Part shown: positions 13,753-23,449 of the stretch, in pieces
Numbering within the stretch: the stretch's first letter is position 1
How the letters are laid out: each line of letters starts with the position of its first letter
Source: Candidatus Beckwithbacteria bacterium CG10_big_fil_rev_8_21_14_0_10_34_10
GTDB taxonomy: Bacteria > Patescibacteriota > Microgenomatia > UBA1400
Assembly: GCA_002773945.1 (NCBI GenBank)
Contig: PEZT01000028.1
Coordinates: forward strand, 4,034-68,033
Direction: 5' to 3'
Length of the DNA stretch: 64,000 nt
Notes under the pieces: model-generated
The model's input: only the letters and a program-made list of their open reading frames with translations
What the model was told of the DNA's origin: nothing
Databases searched by the model: none
Translations under genes and position numbers: made by a program

Positions 13753-14676
13753 ATGAAATTAAAAGCTTTAGCTTTAATATCTGGTGGTCTTGATTCAATT
13801 TTAGCGGCTCTTTTAATCCAAAAACAGGGAATTAAAGTCACTGGTTTAGTTTTTAAAAGCGCTTTTTTTGACCCCTCTTCTATTAAAAAGACTCTTAAAA
13901 AATATAATTTACCTCTTAGAATTGTTAATATTTCTGAAAAACACTTAAAGATAGTTAAAAAACCTGAATATGGCTACGGTAAAGTCATGAATCCTTGCCT
14001 AGATTGCCATTTATTGATGTTAAAAGAAGCTAAAAAATTAATCAAAAACCCTGGTTTTTCCTTTATTATTACGGGTGAAGTTTTAGGTCAAAGACCTTTT
14101 TCCCAAAATAAAAACTCCTTAAATTTACTGGAGAAAAAAGCTAATCTTAAGGGTTTAATATTGCGGCCTTTATCAGCCCAGATTTTAGAGGAAACTATTC
14201 CAGAAAAAAAAGGCTGGGTTAATAGAGATAAGCTTTTAGATATTTCCGGCCGCTCTCGTCAAATTCAGTTAAAGTTAAGGAAAAAGTTTAAACTTACTGG
14301 TTATTCTACTCCAGGAACAGCCTGTATTTTAACTGATCCTCAGTTTGGAAAAAGATTGAAAAATCTTTTGAAGTATCACTCTTTCGCTTCTTTAAATGAT
14401 ATTCTGCTTTTAAAATTTGGCCGGCATTTTTGGAAAGATTCTAATTTAATTGTAGTTGGTCGAAATGATAAAGAGAATAAATTATTGAAAAAATGTACTC
14501 AAAAGAGTGATTTATTGTTTGAACTTAAGTCTTTTACTGGACCGTTAGTTTTAGTAAGAACTTATCAAAAAAGGACTTTAAAAAAGACTTTAAGTGAAGC
14601 TAAAAAATTACTTTGTTTTTACTCTCGCCATACAAGAGAAAAACCACTTCCAGAAGTTGAATTTAGATATTTATAA
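13753..14676 (+). CDS. PP-loop superfamily ATP pyrophosphatase, tRNA-thiolation-type (MnmA/ThiI-like)
   Basis: 307 aa. SGGLDS is the PP-loop. It is followed by NPCLDCH cysteines, as in the tRNA sulfurtransferase family. Confidence 0.5.
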   Translation: MKLKALALISGGLDSILAALLIQKQGIKVTGLVFKSAFFDPSSIKKTLKKYNLPLRIVNISEKHLKIVKKPEYGYGKVMNPCLDCHLLMLKEAKKLIKNPGFSFIITGEVLGQRPFSQNKNSLNLLEKKANLKGLILRPLSAQILEETIPEKKGWVNRDKLLDISGRSRQIQLKLRKKFKLTGYSTPGTACILTDPQFGKRLKNLLKYHSFASLNDILLLKFGRHFWKDSNLIVVGRNDKENKLLKKCTQKSDLLFELKSFTGPLVLVRTYQKRTLKKTLSEAKKLLCFYSRHTREKPLPEVEFRYL

Positions 14677-14747
14677 AATAAATACCTTTTTACATATATT
14701 GCGTATAGTATTTGTGAAAATTAAAATACTTATGCTATACTTTTTAT

Positions 14748-15617
14748 ATGAATAAATTTAAAACTTTTCTTTATGCTTTTAGAAATAGTGCTTTTAAACC
14801 AAAATATTATGCTGATATTTTAAAAACCCCTTTTTCTTTTTCTGTTAAATATTTTGTATTCTTATTTTTATTCTTAAGTTTTATTACTGTTCTTAGTATT
14901 TCCTATCCCCTTATAACTGATTTTAAACCAGCTTTAGAAAAATTTAAAAATGATGCTCCCAAACTTTATCCAACTGAATTAGTTTTGGATATTAAAAATG
15001 GCTTAGTCTCTACTAATGTTTTAGAACCATATTTTATTCCTCTTGAACCAAGTCTTTTTCCTGAAGAAATTAAAATGGGTTTAGAAAAACAGCCAATCCA
15101 AAACATCCTGGTAATTGATACCTCAGTTCCGGCTTCAGAAATAAAAAAATATCAAACTGTGGCTCTTTTAACCAGAGATTCTTTAGCTATATTAGGTGAC
15201 AATAATGAAATAAGAATCCAAACCCTTGAGGAAATAAAAGAATTCCATTTAGACAAAGAAATAGTTAAAACAGGTTGGGGTATGATTGTTCCCTATTTTA
15301 AATATATTATTCCTGGTATTATTATTGTTTTAATTATTTTTGTGCCTTTATTTACTTTAATAGGTAAGTTTTTCTTCCTTATGTTTTTCTCTCTTATTAC
15401 TTTAATTACTGCCCGACTTTTTAGCAATAAAGAAGTCAATTATTCTAAAGCTATCCAGCTTAATCTTCATGCCATTACTTTACCCATTATAATTGTTTCT
15501 CTTTTTCAAGCTTTCGGAGCCCCACCTAAAATTCCTTTCTTCCAATCAGGAATACTTTTAATCTTTAACTTAATTATCTTTTCTTCTTTAAAAGAAAATT
15601 CAGAAGAAGTTAAATAA
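14748..15617 (+). CDS. Hypothetical integral membrane protein
   Basis: 289 aa with multiple predicted TM helices. Confidence 0.45.
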   Translation: MNKFKTFLYAFRNSAFKPKYYADILKTPFSFSVKYFVFLFLFLSFITVLSISYPLITDFKPALEKFKNDAPKLYPTELVLDIKNGLVSTNVLEPYFIPLEPSLFPEEIKMGLEKQPIQNILVIDTSVPASEIKKYQTVALLTRDSLAILGDNNEIRIQTLEEIKEFHLDKEIVKTGWGMIVPYFKYIIPGIIIVLIIFVPLFTLIGKFFFLMFFSLITLITARLFSNKEVNYSKAIQLNLHAITLPIIIVSLFQAFGAPPKIPFFQSGILLIFNLIIFSSLKENSEEVK

Positions 15618-16107
15618 ACTTACCAAAAAGGTAAAAATCTTTTTTATAGCGGTCTTTTTTTCTAATTCCTTCTATAACAAAACCAAGTTTTAAATAAAAA
15701 CCCCTATTTCGACCATCAGTGATAAATCTTAATTTATGGCAGTTTTTAGTCTGGGCCCATTTTTCCCCTCTTTTAACTAATCTCTTACCTATCCCTTTAT
15801 TCCTAAAGTTTTTATCTACCCAAATCCAGCGAAGTAAAGAAATGCCTCCAATTTCAGAGGAAACAACAATAAAGGCAATTGTTTTATCCTTTCTAACGCT
15901 AAAAATCCCAATCTTACCCCTTTTAAACCTTTTTTTAAAATTCTTTTTACTCCAAATTTTTCTTAAAAAATATTTCTTTCTTCTCAAGGGAAGATGAAGA
16001 AAATCGGTCAATAAGGCTCTTCTAAAAACCGGGTAGAAACGGTCATAGCTTTTTATACCAATTCTTTTTAGTTTTACTTCTTTCATAAAAGTGCCTAATT
16101 GTAGCAA
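15610..16107 (-). CDS. GNAT family N-acetyltransferase
   Basis: 165 aa. WVDKNFRNKGIGKRLV matches acetyl-CoA-binding motif A (R/QxxGxG/A). Confidence 0.65.
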   Translation of the reverse strand: MLQLGTFMKEVKLKRIGIKSYDRFYPVFRRALLTDFLHLPLRRKKYFLRKIWSKKNFKKRFKRGKIGIFSVRKDKTIAFIVVSSEIGGISLLRWIWVDKNFRNKGIGKRLVKRGEKWAQTKNCHKLRFITDGRNRGFYLKLGFVIEGIRKKDRYKKDFYLFGKFI

Positions 16108-16132
16108 AAGTTATCAAATTAAGCTACACCTT

Positions 16133-17305
16133 TTAAGAATAGTCTTTTAAAACTTCAGCTAAAATTCCGGCAAAGGCGTCTCTTTTCTCCTTATTTTTTC
16201 TTATCCTAGCACTAATCTCCATCTGAATAATATTAAAACCTTCCCCAAAAGGTGGGTGTTGGTTTTTATGAGTTATCATTTTCCTTCTATATATACTTAA
16301 GCCTACTTCTGTCCCGGCAAATGCCTTAGTCTTTGGATCATTTTGGATAGCCAAAACTACCTGAGGAACTTCATTTTCTCCAACCATAAAACCTTTATTT
16401 TTTATCTCTTCTTGTAATCGAGAAATAAATTTATTTCGTAAATCCTGATCGGCAATATTTTTAGCCCCGGCAATGGCAATATCAAAACCCTCTCTATTGG
16501 CCATTCCGTGCAAAGCAACTCTTAAAAAAGGTCCCTTTACTTTACCGTCTTCATCTAAACCAACCGTTCTTTTAACTATTTTTTCTAGTCCCCAAAAAAG
16601 AGCTGCCCGACTGCTTCGAGAATATTCCCGGGAAAAAATTTGTTTTTCTCCCAATTCAGCCATTCCCCTAACCCACCAATTTCTATTCATATCAGCCCAT
16701 AGGCGCGGTTTCTTAGCTACTATTGTATTAACATCCAAAAGCTGACTAACTTGTCTAGCTAAAAGACCAGTATCCTGATCATAAAGATCTCTTACCTTTA
16801 AAACTTCTTGATCAAAGTAATCTAAACTTTTTGTTTCTTTTTTTTCAAATTTCTTTATTCTTTCTAAAGATAATTCTATCTCATTAATCTTCAAGTCAGG
16901 ATATTTTTGCTTCATTAACTGCCATAATTCAGCAGAATTTGGCAGCTGTTCATGAACAGCATCAACTACAATCGGAAGATTTCCATCTTTAACTTCTAAA
17001 TATTTGTTAATTGCTCTTTCTTTAATTTTTTCATCTTCTTGAGAAGCGTCAGGTTTAGCAACTGATTCAATCTGACTAGCTTGTTGTTCATTTAAGTCAA
17101 TTAAGGCTTTACCTTCTTTTACTCTAACTTGCCTAGGTCTTCCTCTAACTGTTTTTTGTTGCCATATTTCTTCTTCTTCTCTTACTGAATGAATATCAAT
17201 TACCCCTTCTCTTCTTTCTCCTCTATCAGTTATTCCAGCATCTTTTAGCTGTTCCACTATTTGTCTAATTTTCTCGGGTCTCTTTACAGGAGGTTCTTCG
17301 CTCAT
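16133..17305 (-). CDS. N-formylglutamate amidohydrolase (FGase)-like Zn hydrolase domain protein with acidic N-terminal extension
   Basis: 390 aa. The C-terminal half (...ALHGM...FDIAIAGA...GLSIYRR...FNIIQMEIS) resembles the FGase (PF05013-like) fold. It is adjacent and co-directional with two ATP-grasp genes. Confidence 0.4.
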   Translation of the reverse strand: MSEEPPVKRPEKIRQIVEQLKDAGITDRGERREGVIDIHSVREEEEIWQQKTVRGRPRQVRVKEGKALIDLNEQQASQIESVAKPDASQEDEKIKERAINKYLEVKDGNLPIVVDAVHEQLPNSAELWQLMKQKYPDLKINEIELSLERIKKFEKKETKSLDYFDQEVLKVRDLYDQDTGLLARQVSQLLDVNTIVAKKPRLWADMNRNWWVRGMAELGEKQIFSREYSRSSRAALFWGLEKIVKRTVGLDEDGKVKGPFLRVALHGMANREGFDIAIAGAKNIADQDLRNKFISRLQEEIKNKGFMVGENEVPQVVLAIQNDPKTKAFAGTEVGLSIYRRKMITHKNQHPPFGEGFNIIQMEISARIRKNKEKRDAFAGILAEVLKDYS

Positions 17306-17306
17306 T

Positions 17307-18722
17307 TTAAAACCCTATTCCTTTATATATTAATCTAATACTTTGTTTAACCTCATCTTTAAGTCTTTGGCCATCTTTTTTGAGAATACTTTTTTTAAAG
17401 ATTAGATGACCCATTCGTAATAAAGGACGAATTGTACTGCCAGTCCTAGGAACACCATCTACTAAAAGGAATTCTTTTTGGGGATTTTTAATTGATTTTG
17501 TAGTAAAACCTTCTCTAATAAATTTAAGTTGTTGACTACCTAATTGATAAACTCCAGCTTTAATCTCCCCTTTAGTCTTTCGATATTTAGCCACTTTATT
17601 ACTTAATATTAAATGACTCCCTTTTTTTGAATTTTTGTAAATTCTATCAACTCTGTCAAAATTCATTTGATAGTTTATATTTAAAAGCTCTAAAAGGTGA
17701 AAAACATCAAAAGGCGGTTCTTTATTTTCTTTTTGGAGCATGGAATAAACTGGAAAAGCACCAGTATATCGAGGGTTACATTCACAGGCATATACCTTTT
17801 CTGTTTCTTTATCTATTATAAGGTCTATTCCAAATATCCCCCTATAACCTCTCGCCCCCATATAGCTTCCAATTGATCTGGCTAAACTTTCAGCTTGAGC
17901 TTGAATTTTAGAAGAATAGGTTTTAAAACTCCAATCATGACCGCAATAAAGACCACTCCCCTTATTCATGTTGACTACCAAAGGTTGATCTAAAATCTGT
18001 TTTTGGACGATGCCGGTTAAAACTCCATGGCGGGTGATACAACCGGTAATACTAGGAGAATCACCAGTAATAAATTTATAGAGGATAACCCTTTTTAAAT
18101 CAAAAGTATTTTTATATTTTTTAGCTTTTTTTGTGAAGTTTTTAAAATCTGAAAGGGTTTTAATGAAAACCAAGGAATTACCACCACCCTTGGTTAATTC
18201 TGGTAAAATTAAGACTAATTTTTTCCACCGCTTTAAATATTTTTCTAGTCTTTTTTTATCTAGTTCTTCAATTTTAAAAGTTTCATTAGGAATGGTTTCT
18301 AAACCAATCTTTTGAAGCATTCTTTTAAAATGCCATTTATTCTCATAAACATCCCTAACTTTGGCCCTATTAGCTACAATAGTCAGTCCTAGCCGATCAC
18401 AAATTCTTTCTACTTTTTTAGTTGAGTGATATAAAACTAAATAAGGGAATCTCAAAGAAGCTAAATATTTTTGCACCTGACGGTTTTTTAGTAAAGCCAA
18501 AGTATTATATTTCCCAACCTTTTCTCCTTTTTTTAAAAAATCCTTTTCTACCGATAGAACTTTAATCTTTTTTCCTATTACTTGATTATCCAAAGTGTCT
18601 TTAACACATAAAAGCTGGTAGTTAGGTAAAACCAAGCCTGGCCCGATCCTGGAAAAAGCAGTAATACCCACCCCAATTAAAGGATAAGGAAAAGACTTAA
18701 GTTTGTTTAAATAGTCATCCAT
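17307..18722 (-). CDS. ATP-grasp domain enzyme (amidoligase-like)
   Basis: 471 aa. GIFGIDLIIDKETEKVYACECNPRYTG is the ATP-grasp catalytic-loop signature (E-x-N-x-R). Confidence 0.6.
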   Translation of the reverse strand: MDDYLNKLKSFPYPLIGVGITAFSRIGPGLVLPNYQLLCVKDTLDNQVIGKKIKVLSVEKDFLKKGEKVGKYNTLALLKNRQVQKYLASLRFPYLVLYHSTKKVERICDRLGLTIVANRAKVRDVYENKWHFKRMLQKIGLETIPNETFKIEELDKKRLEKYLKRWKKLVLILPELTKGGGNSLVFIKTLSDFKNFTKKAKKYKNTFDLKRVILYKFITGDSPSITGCITRHGVLTGIVQKQILDQPLVVNMNKGSGLYCGHDWSFKTYSSKIQAQAESLARSIGSYMGARGYRGIFGIDLIIDKETEKVYACECNPRYTGAFPVYSMLQKENKEPPFDVFHLLELLNINYQMNFDRVDRIYKNSKKGSHLILSNKVAKYRKTKGEIKAGVYQLGSQQLKFIREGFTTKSIKNPQKEFLLVDGVPRTGSTIRPLLRMGHLIFKKSILKKDGQRLKDEVKQSIRLIYKGIGF

Positions 18723-18804
18723 ATTAAAAAATATATCATATTTAAAACTAAAAAACTCACTTAAAAGCGAGATTCTTTAGATCCTAAATTAAAAACAGAA
18801 AAAA

Positions 18805-20112
18805 TTATTTTATATCCGAACTAACTAAAAAACCCTTAAGGTCTCCTCTACCAATAATCATCGGCCTTTTAAGATTCGACCTGTCAGAAATATTGGCCGT
18901 GGTTTTTATTTTTTGGCCACTTAAGAAAAAGGTGACTGGAACAACTGGTCTTTTCTGCCTTCCTAAGGCTGATTTATAGACACCTTCAAAAAGAATATTT
19001 TCCGGGTGTAAAAGCCCAAGTTTTTGCGCCAGTTTTCTATCAATTGAAGTGGTATAAGCGCCAGTATCTACTTTTGCTTGAACTGAAATCCTATCTCCTA
19101 AAAAAGACTGTACTTCTACTTGGTGAAAAACATTAACAGTTTTTTTACCGGTAACTATATCTCTAAGTTTTGGATCCAAAAAAAGGGCTTTGGCTATTTT
19201 AATTCCTTTTTCCGGACTATCTACCTCTAAGCCCTCAACTCTTTCTAATCTTCTTCTTAAACCAGCTTTGTTAGCTAACTGAATTTTTAAGCCTGGCTGA
19301 GCATTAAGCTCTAAAACCTTAGGAAAGGTTTTACCTGGTTTTTTTAATGACGGTTGAAGAGCAATATCTACTCTCATAAAGTTGAGTTCGGGCACAGTAA
19401 GCTGACAGTTAATCGCTAATTTAAGAATCTCGTCCCAGATTGGTATTTTTATTCCCTTTAATTTCCTTCTAGTTCCGGGAAAAAAATCGATCTCTTTACT
19501 TCCCTTAACCCCACCAATAGTAATCCCAGAAGAAATATCAATGCCGCAGGCAATTGCACCCTGATGCATATTAGCCCTACCTCCTGATTCTTTGGTGGGC
19601 AGTCTTAAAAAAGCCATCACCGGGATTCGGTTAAAAACCACTACTCCAATGTCTGGGGTTCCACCCCAACTAACTTTTTCAAAAATGGGATGAACTCTAA
19701 TTCTTTCTTCTACAAAAGCAAAATCTGGCTGACCCCTCATGGAAAACCGACCTTCAATAATTTCTCTAAGTAAAAGCTTTAAATCATTTACTGTTTTTGT
19801 ATCTTCCGTTGTGGTAATCCATTCGCCCGCATATCGACCCTGTCTTTCAATTACTAAAATTCCTTCTCCTCCCAAAGAATTATCTGGTTTAATCACATAA
19901 CTTTCTGGTAATTTTTTAAGAAAATTAAATTTATCAATGTCTTCAAATCTTCTAAAAACGCGGTAGAGCTTAGGAATAGGCAGTTTTGCTTTTCTTAAAA
20001 CGTTTTTAGTTAGAAGCTTATGATTGGCAATAAGTTTGCCCCCTTTTTTGTTATACTTTGAGGAGAAAAGAACATTACGAGAATTTAATCCTAAAATATC
20101 CCGGGTTTTCAT
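18805..20112 (-). CDS. RimK-like ATP-grasp (alpha-L-glutamate-ligase-like) fused to a C-terminal retropepsin-like/PF05618-type protease domain
   Basis: 435 aa. The N-terminal two-thirds is ATP-grasp (GGRANMHQG region). The C-terminal KVDTGAYTTSIDRKLAQKLGL contains the D-T-G-A aspartyl-protease-like motif, a domain typically found with RimK homologues. Confidence 0.6.
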   Translation of the reverse strand: MKTRDILGLNSRNVLFSSKYNKKGGKLIANHKLLTKNVLRKAKLPIPKLYRVFRRFEDIDKFNFLKKLPESYVIKPDNSLGGEGILVIERQGRYAGEWITTTEDTKTVNDLKLLLREIIEGRFSMRGQPDFAFVEERIRVHPIFEKVSWGGTPDIGVVVFNRIPVMAFLRLPTKESGGRANMHQGAIACGIDISSGITIGGVKGSKEIDFFPGTRRKLKGIKIPIWDEILKLAINCQLTVPELNFMRVDIALQPSLKKPGKTFPKVLELNAQPGLKIQLANKAGLRRRLERVEGLEVDSPEKGIKIAKALFLDPKLRDIVTGKKTVNVFHQVEVQSFLGDRISVQAKVDTGAYTTSIDRKLAQKLGLLHPENILFEGVYKSALGRQKRPVVPVTFFLSGQKIKTTANISDRSNLKRPMIIGRGDLKGFLVSSDIK

Positions 20113-21026
20113 TCCAAAAGCTTTTTAAATTTTTTGTATTCCAAAATCCTTAAACCAGCATAACGACCAATAAAGATATCTAAAAGAGCCACCCCTAAAA
20201 CACTAATTTCAGGTTTTAAAATAACAAATTTTTGCAAAAATTCCAGCTGAAGAACAAATGAACAGATTAAAGCCACTACTAAGGTTTCAAAACTCATTCT
20301 TAAAGCTCTTTTCATAGACATCCCAATTTGGATACTAATAAAGCTTTCTGCCAAAAGAATAAGGATTAGAATAGGAAAAATAGAAATATTCGTAATCGCA
20401 GTTAGATTCAAAGAAGGAGAAATACACATTAGGCCAAAAACAGCTAAGGAAACAAACCATAAAAGCAAAGCCATTCTGGGCAAATATTGAAGCTTCATTT
20501 TTCTAAAAAGTATTCTCGCTCCCATGGCCACCAGAATAATGGTAAAAAACAGTAACAGACCTTCAAAAATCCCAGTCGCCACAAAAGCGACTGATAAAAC
20601 AGCCGGTAAAAAGATCCCAAAACCCTTCATCCCCACAATATGGCGGGAACCGGCAATTAATGCTACTACTAATGGAAAAAGAAGAATTAAAACAATGGTA
20701 TTGGCTGGCACCCCCTGAGAAACCGCTCTTCTTATAGCATGCTGCAAAAAATTAGTTACTCTTAAAGACCCAATTGAATGATTAATTAAATACTTTTCTA
20801 GTTTTCCTTTAACTTCTGGAGTAGACTCAGTAATATCTTCTTTTTTCTCTACTTTTTCCTTTTCCTCAATTACTTCTCCTGTTGTTTCTGCTGAAGTGGT
20901 CGCCATCGCCGCCTCGGTAGCAGTTTGCGAAATTAAATCTTCCCCTTCTTTTTCTGCCAGAACTGGAAATTTAGAAAATGAAAAAAGAAGAAATAACCCA
21001 ATAAAAATACCAATTAATTTTTTCAT
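20109..21026 (-). CDS. 7-TM membrane protein (7TM partner of ATP-grasp/RimK systems; no transglutaminase head)
   Basis: 305 aa. Signal peptide, a ~70-aa Glu-rich extracytoplasmic segment, then 7 hydrophobic helices. The start overlaps the stop of the upstream ATP-grasp gene (ATGA overlap). Confidence 0.5.
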   Translation of the reverse strand: MKKLIGIFIGLFLLFSFSKFPVLAEKEGEDLISQTATEAAMATTSAETTGEVIEEKEKVEKKEDITESTPEVKGKLEKYLINHSIGSLRVTNFLQHAIRRAVSQGVPANTIVLILLFPLVVALIAGSRHIVGMKGFGIFLPAVLSVAFVATGIFEGLLLFFTIILVAMGARILFRKMKLQYLPRMALLLWFVSLAVFGLMCISPSLNLTAITNISIFPILILILLAESFISIQIGMSMKRALRMSFETLVVALICSFVLQLEFLQKFVILKPEISVLGVALLDIFIGRYAGLRILEYKKFKKLLE

Positions 21027-21097
21027 TGAAATTATTATATCAAGTTGAAAGATTTTTGACTAGATAAAGCTAAATTCTTATTAAAACTAATCTCTTT

Positions 21098-21814
21098 TTA
21101 TTTCGCTAACTCTTGATCAATTGTGGTCTTAAAGTTTTCAAATGGTTGAGCTCCAACCAACTTCTGGCCATTAATGAAAAAAGTGGGCGTGCCTGAAACA
21201 CCCATTTTTTGACCCAGAGATACATCATCCTTAATTGCTTGAATATAGGTTCCGTTATTTAAACAAGTTTGAAAATTAGCTTGATTTAAACCCAGTGTTC
21301 CAGCATAACCCACTAGGGTTTCTTTAGGACTATCGAGATTGGACCAAGTTTCTTGATCTTCAAAAAGCTTATCATGATAGCTCCAATAATCACCTTGTTC
21401 TCCGGCACACCTGGCTGCCTCTGATGTTATTTGAGCATTTGGATGAAAAGGTAAAGGATAATCTCTAAAAACATACCTTATCTCTTCTCCATATTCATCT
21501 AAAATCCTTTTATAAGCACTATCAACATATCTTTTACAAAAAGGGCACTGATATTCGGAAAATTCAACTATTGTCACCTTGGCCCCATCAAGACCCTTAA
21601 CAGCCGCTGCTTCAGCGACTATTTCTGCCTGATCCTCAACTCCCAAAACCTGCGGTTCTTCTGGGGCAGCTTCAGGCGCCTGAACCATTTCTTCTGCCTT
21701 TTGCTCTTCTTTTTCGCTTTCTAGATTTCTAACTTTATTCCAAAGGCTCCCAGAAACAAAAGCGGCAAAGATTAAAGCGGCGATTAATATGGGAGTGATT
21801 TTATTAGATTCCAT
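21098..21814 (-). CDS. DsbA-family thiol:disulfide oxidoreductase, membrane-anchored
   Basis: 238 aa. N-terminal TM segment. EYQCPFCKRY is the thioredoxin-fold CxxC active site. Confidence 0.75.
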   Translation of the reverse strand: MESNKITPILIAALIFAAFVSGSLWNKVRNLESEKEEQKAEEMVQAPEAAPEEPQVLGVEDQAEIVAEAAAVKGLDGAKVTIVEFSEYQCPFCKRYVDSAYKRILDEYGEEIRYVFRDYPLPFHPNAQITSEAARCAGEQGDYWSYHDKLFEDQETWSNLDSPKETLVGYAGTLGLNQANFQTCLNNGTYIQAIKDDVSLGQKMGVSGTPTFFINGQKLVGAQPFENFKTTIDQELAK

Positions 21815-21817
21815 TTT

Positions 21818-22009
21818 TTACTCCTTTAGTGATATGGCAGTTACTGGACAACTATCAACTGCACTTTGAACCGTAGGTTCATCATCTCCAGCGGGCACTA
21901 AAGCCTCAGCTTTACCATCATCACCAAGCTTAAAAGACTTTCCGGCTAAGCTAACGCAAGTCCCACAACCAATACATTTTTCTTTATCAACTATTGCTTG
22001 TTTAGTCAT
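21818..22009 (-). CDS. Small 4Fe-4S ferredoxin
   Basis: 63 aa. CIGCGTC...CP is the cysteine ligand pattern. Confidence 0.7.
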   Translation of the reverse strand: MTKQAIVDKEKCIGCGTCVSLAGKSFKLGDDGKAEALVPAGDDEPTVQSAVDSCPVTAISLKE

Positions 22010-22114
22010 AAATTTGCCTCCTTAAAGAATTTATATTTATAAAAAATATCTATATAGAGTTTTTCTTTTTAACTAAATCACTTTACCTTATTAAGATATA
22101 ACTTGCAAGTCACT

Positions 22115-23446
22115 TTAATAAAAGTCTTTAATTGGATATTTTTGACAAAGCTTTTTAACCTCAACTATGATACTTTTAATGGCTTTGGATTGTTTAATAA
22201 TTTTTTCTCTTGTTTCTTTTTTTTTCTCTGACTCGAAACTAATCTTCATTTTCTTTTTAATCTCACTTATTTCTTCAATAATTATCTTCATCCATAAAGC
22301 TATTTTTTTCATTTGAGGTTCTTTCATTTCCCTAGATGTGATTCCTGGTGTTCCTAATCTAATTCCTGAGGGGTAAAAAGGTGGTCGGCTATCATAAGGA
22401 ATGGAATTTCTATTTAAAACAATTCCCCCTGCTTCTAAAGCTTCAGCGGCTAAATTACCGGTAATCTTAAAACTAGAAAGATCGATTAAAATTAAATGGC
22501 TATCAGTTCCTCCAGAAATCAGATTGAAACCATTTTTTTTAAGTTCTTTTGCTAAGGCTTTAGCATTTAAAACAATTTGCTTAGAATATTTTTTAAAAGA
22601 GTTTTTTTCCGCTTCTTTTAAGGCTACCCCAATCCCGGCAATGCTGTTTATATGAGGTCCACCTTGAAGCCCGGGAAAAACGGCTTTTTGGATTTTTTTG
22701 TCCAAGTCAGGATCTTTTTTAAGGCCTTTTCTAGTTACCATAATAATTGCCCCTCTTGGTCCTCTTAAAGTTTTATGGGTAGTGGTAGTAATGACATCAA
22801 CAAAGGAAACTGGACTAGGATAAACGCCTCCTAAAACTAAACCAGCTAAATGAGCTATGTCTGCTAAAAGATAGGCTTTAACTTTTTTAGCAATAAGAGA
22901 AAACTTTTTCCAATCTAAAATTTTGGGATAAGCAGTAATCCCCGCTATAATAAGCTTTGGTTTTTCTTTTAAAACTAATTTCTCTAAGGCTTGATAATCC
23001 AAAAAACCGTCTTTACCAAGCTTATAAGAAACTGATTTAAAAAACTGACCACTAACTGAAACTTTATCTCCATGAGTTAAATGACCACCATGAGCTAACT
23101 CTAAACCCATTATTTTATCATTTGGTTTTAATAAAGCGGTGTAAACCGCTAAATTAGCTGGTGAACCAGATAAGGGCTGAACATTAGCATAAGGAACTTT
23201 AAAGGCTTTTTTAACTCTTTCTACTACTAGGGTTTCAATCTTATCGATATATTCTTGACCCTGATAATACCTTTTTCCAGGATAACCCTCAGCATATTTA
23301 TTGCCCAAACAAGAACCCACTGCTTCTTCAACCGCTTTTGAAACCATGTTTTCCGAAGGAATCATCATCAGGGTTTCACTCTGACGCTTTTTTTCCTTTT
23401 GAATTAAGGCTTTTATTTGAGGATCAACTTTTTTAAGATAAATCAT
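22115..23446 (-). CDS. glyA: Serine hydroxymethyltransferase
   Basis: 443 aa. NKYAEGYPGKRYYQG and the PLP-lysine region TTTTHKTLRGPRG are SHMT signatures. Confidence 0.9.
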   Translation of the reverse strand: MIYLKKVDPQIKALIQKEKKRQSETLMMIPSENMVSKAVEEAVGSCLGNKYAEGYPGKRYYQGQEYIDKIETLVVERVKKAFKVPYANVQPLSGSPANLAVYTALLKPNDKIMGLELAHGGHLTHGDKVSVSGQFFKSVSYKLGKDGFLDYQALEKLVLKEKPKLIIAGITAYPKILDWKKFSLIAKKVKAYLLADIAHLAGLVLGGVYPSPVSFVDVITTTTHKTLRGPRGAIIMVTRKGLKKDPDLDKKIQKAVFPGLQGGPHINSIAGIGVALKEAEKNSFKKYSKQIVLNAKALAKELKKNGFNLISGGTDSHLILIDLSSFKITGNLAAEALEAGGIVLNRNSIPYDSRPPFYPSGIRLGTPGITSREMKEPQMKKIALWMKIIIEEISEIKKKMKISFESEKKKETREKIIKQSKAIKSIIVEVKKLCQKYPIKDFY

Positions 23447-23449
23447 TTG

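Noticed and set aside
15719-18315. Plus-strand ORFs 15719..15997, 16473..16745, 17627..17821 and 18133..18315
   Set aside because: They are antisense and fully nested within well-supported minus-strand genes (GNAT, FGase-like, ATP-grasp). No RBS or conservation cues.
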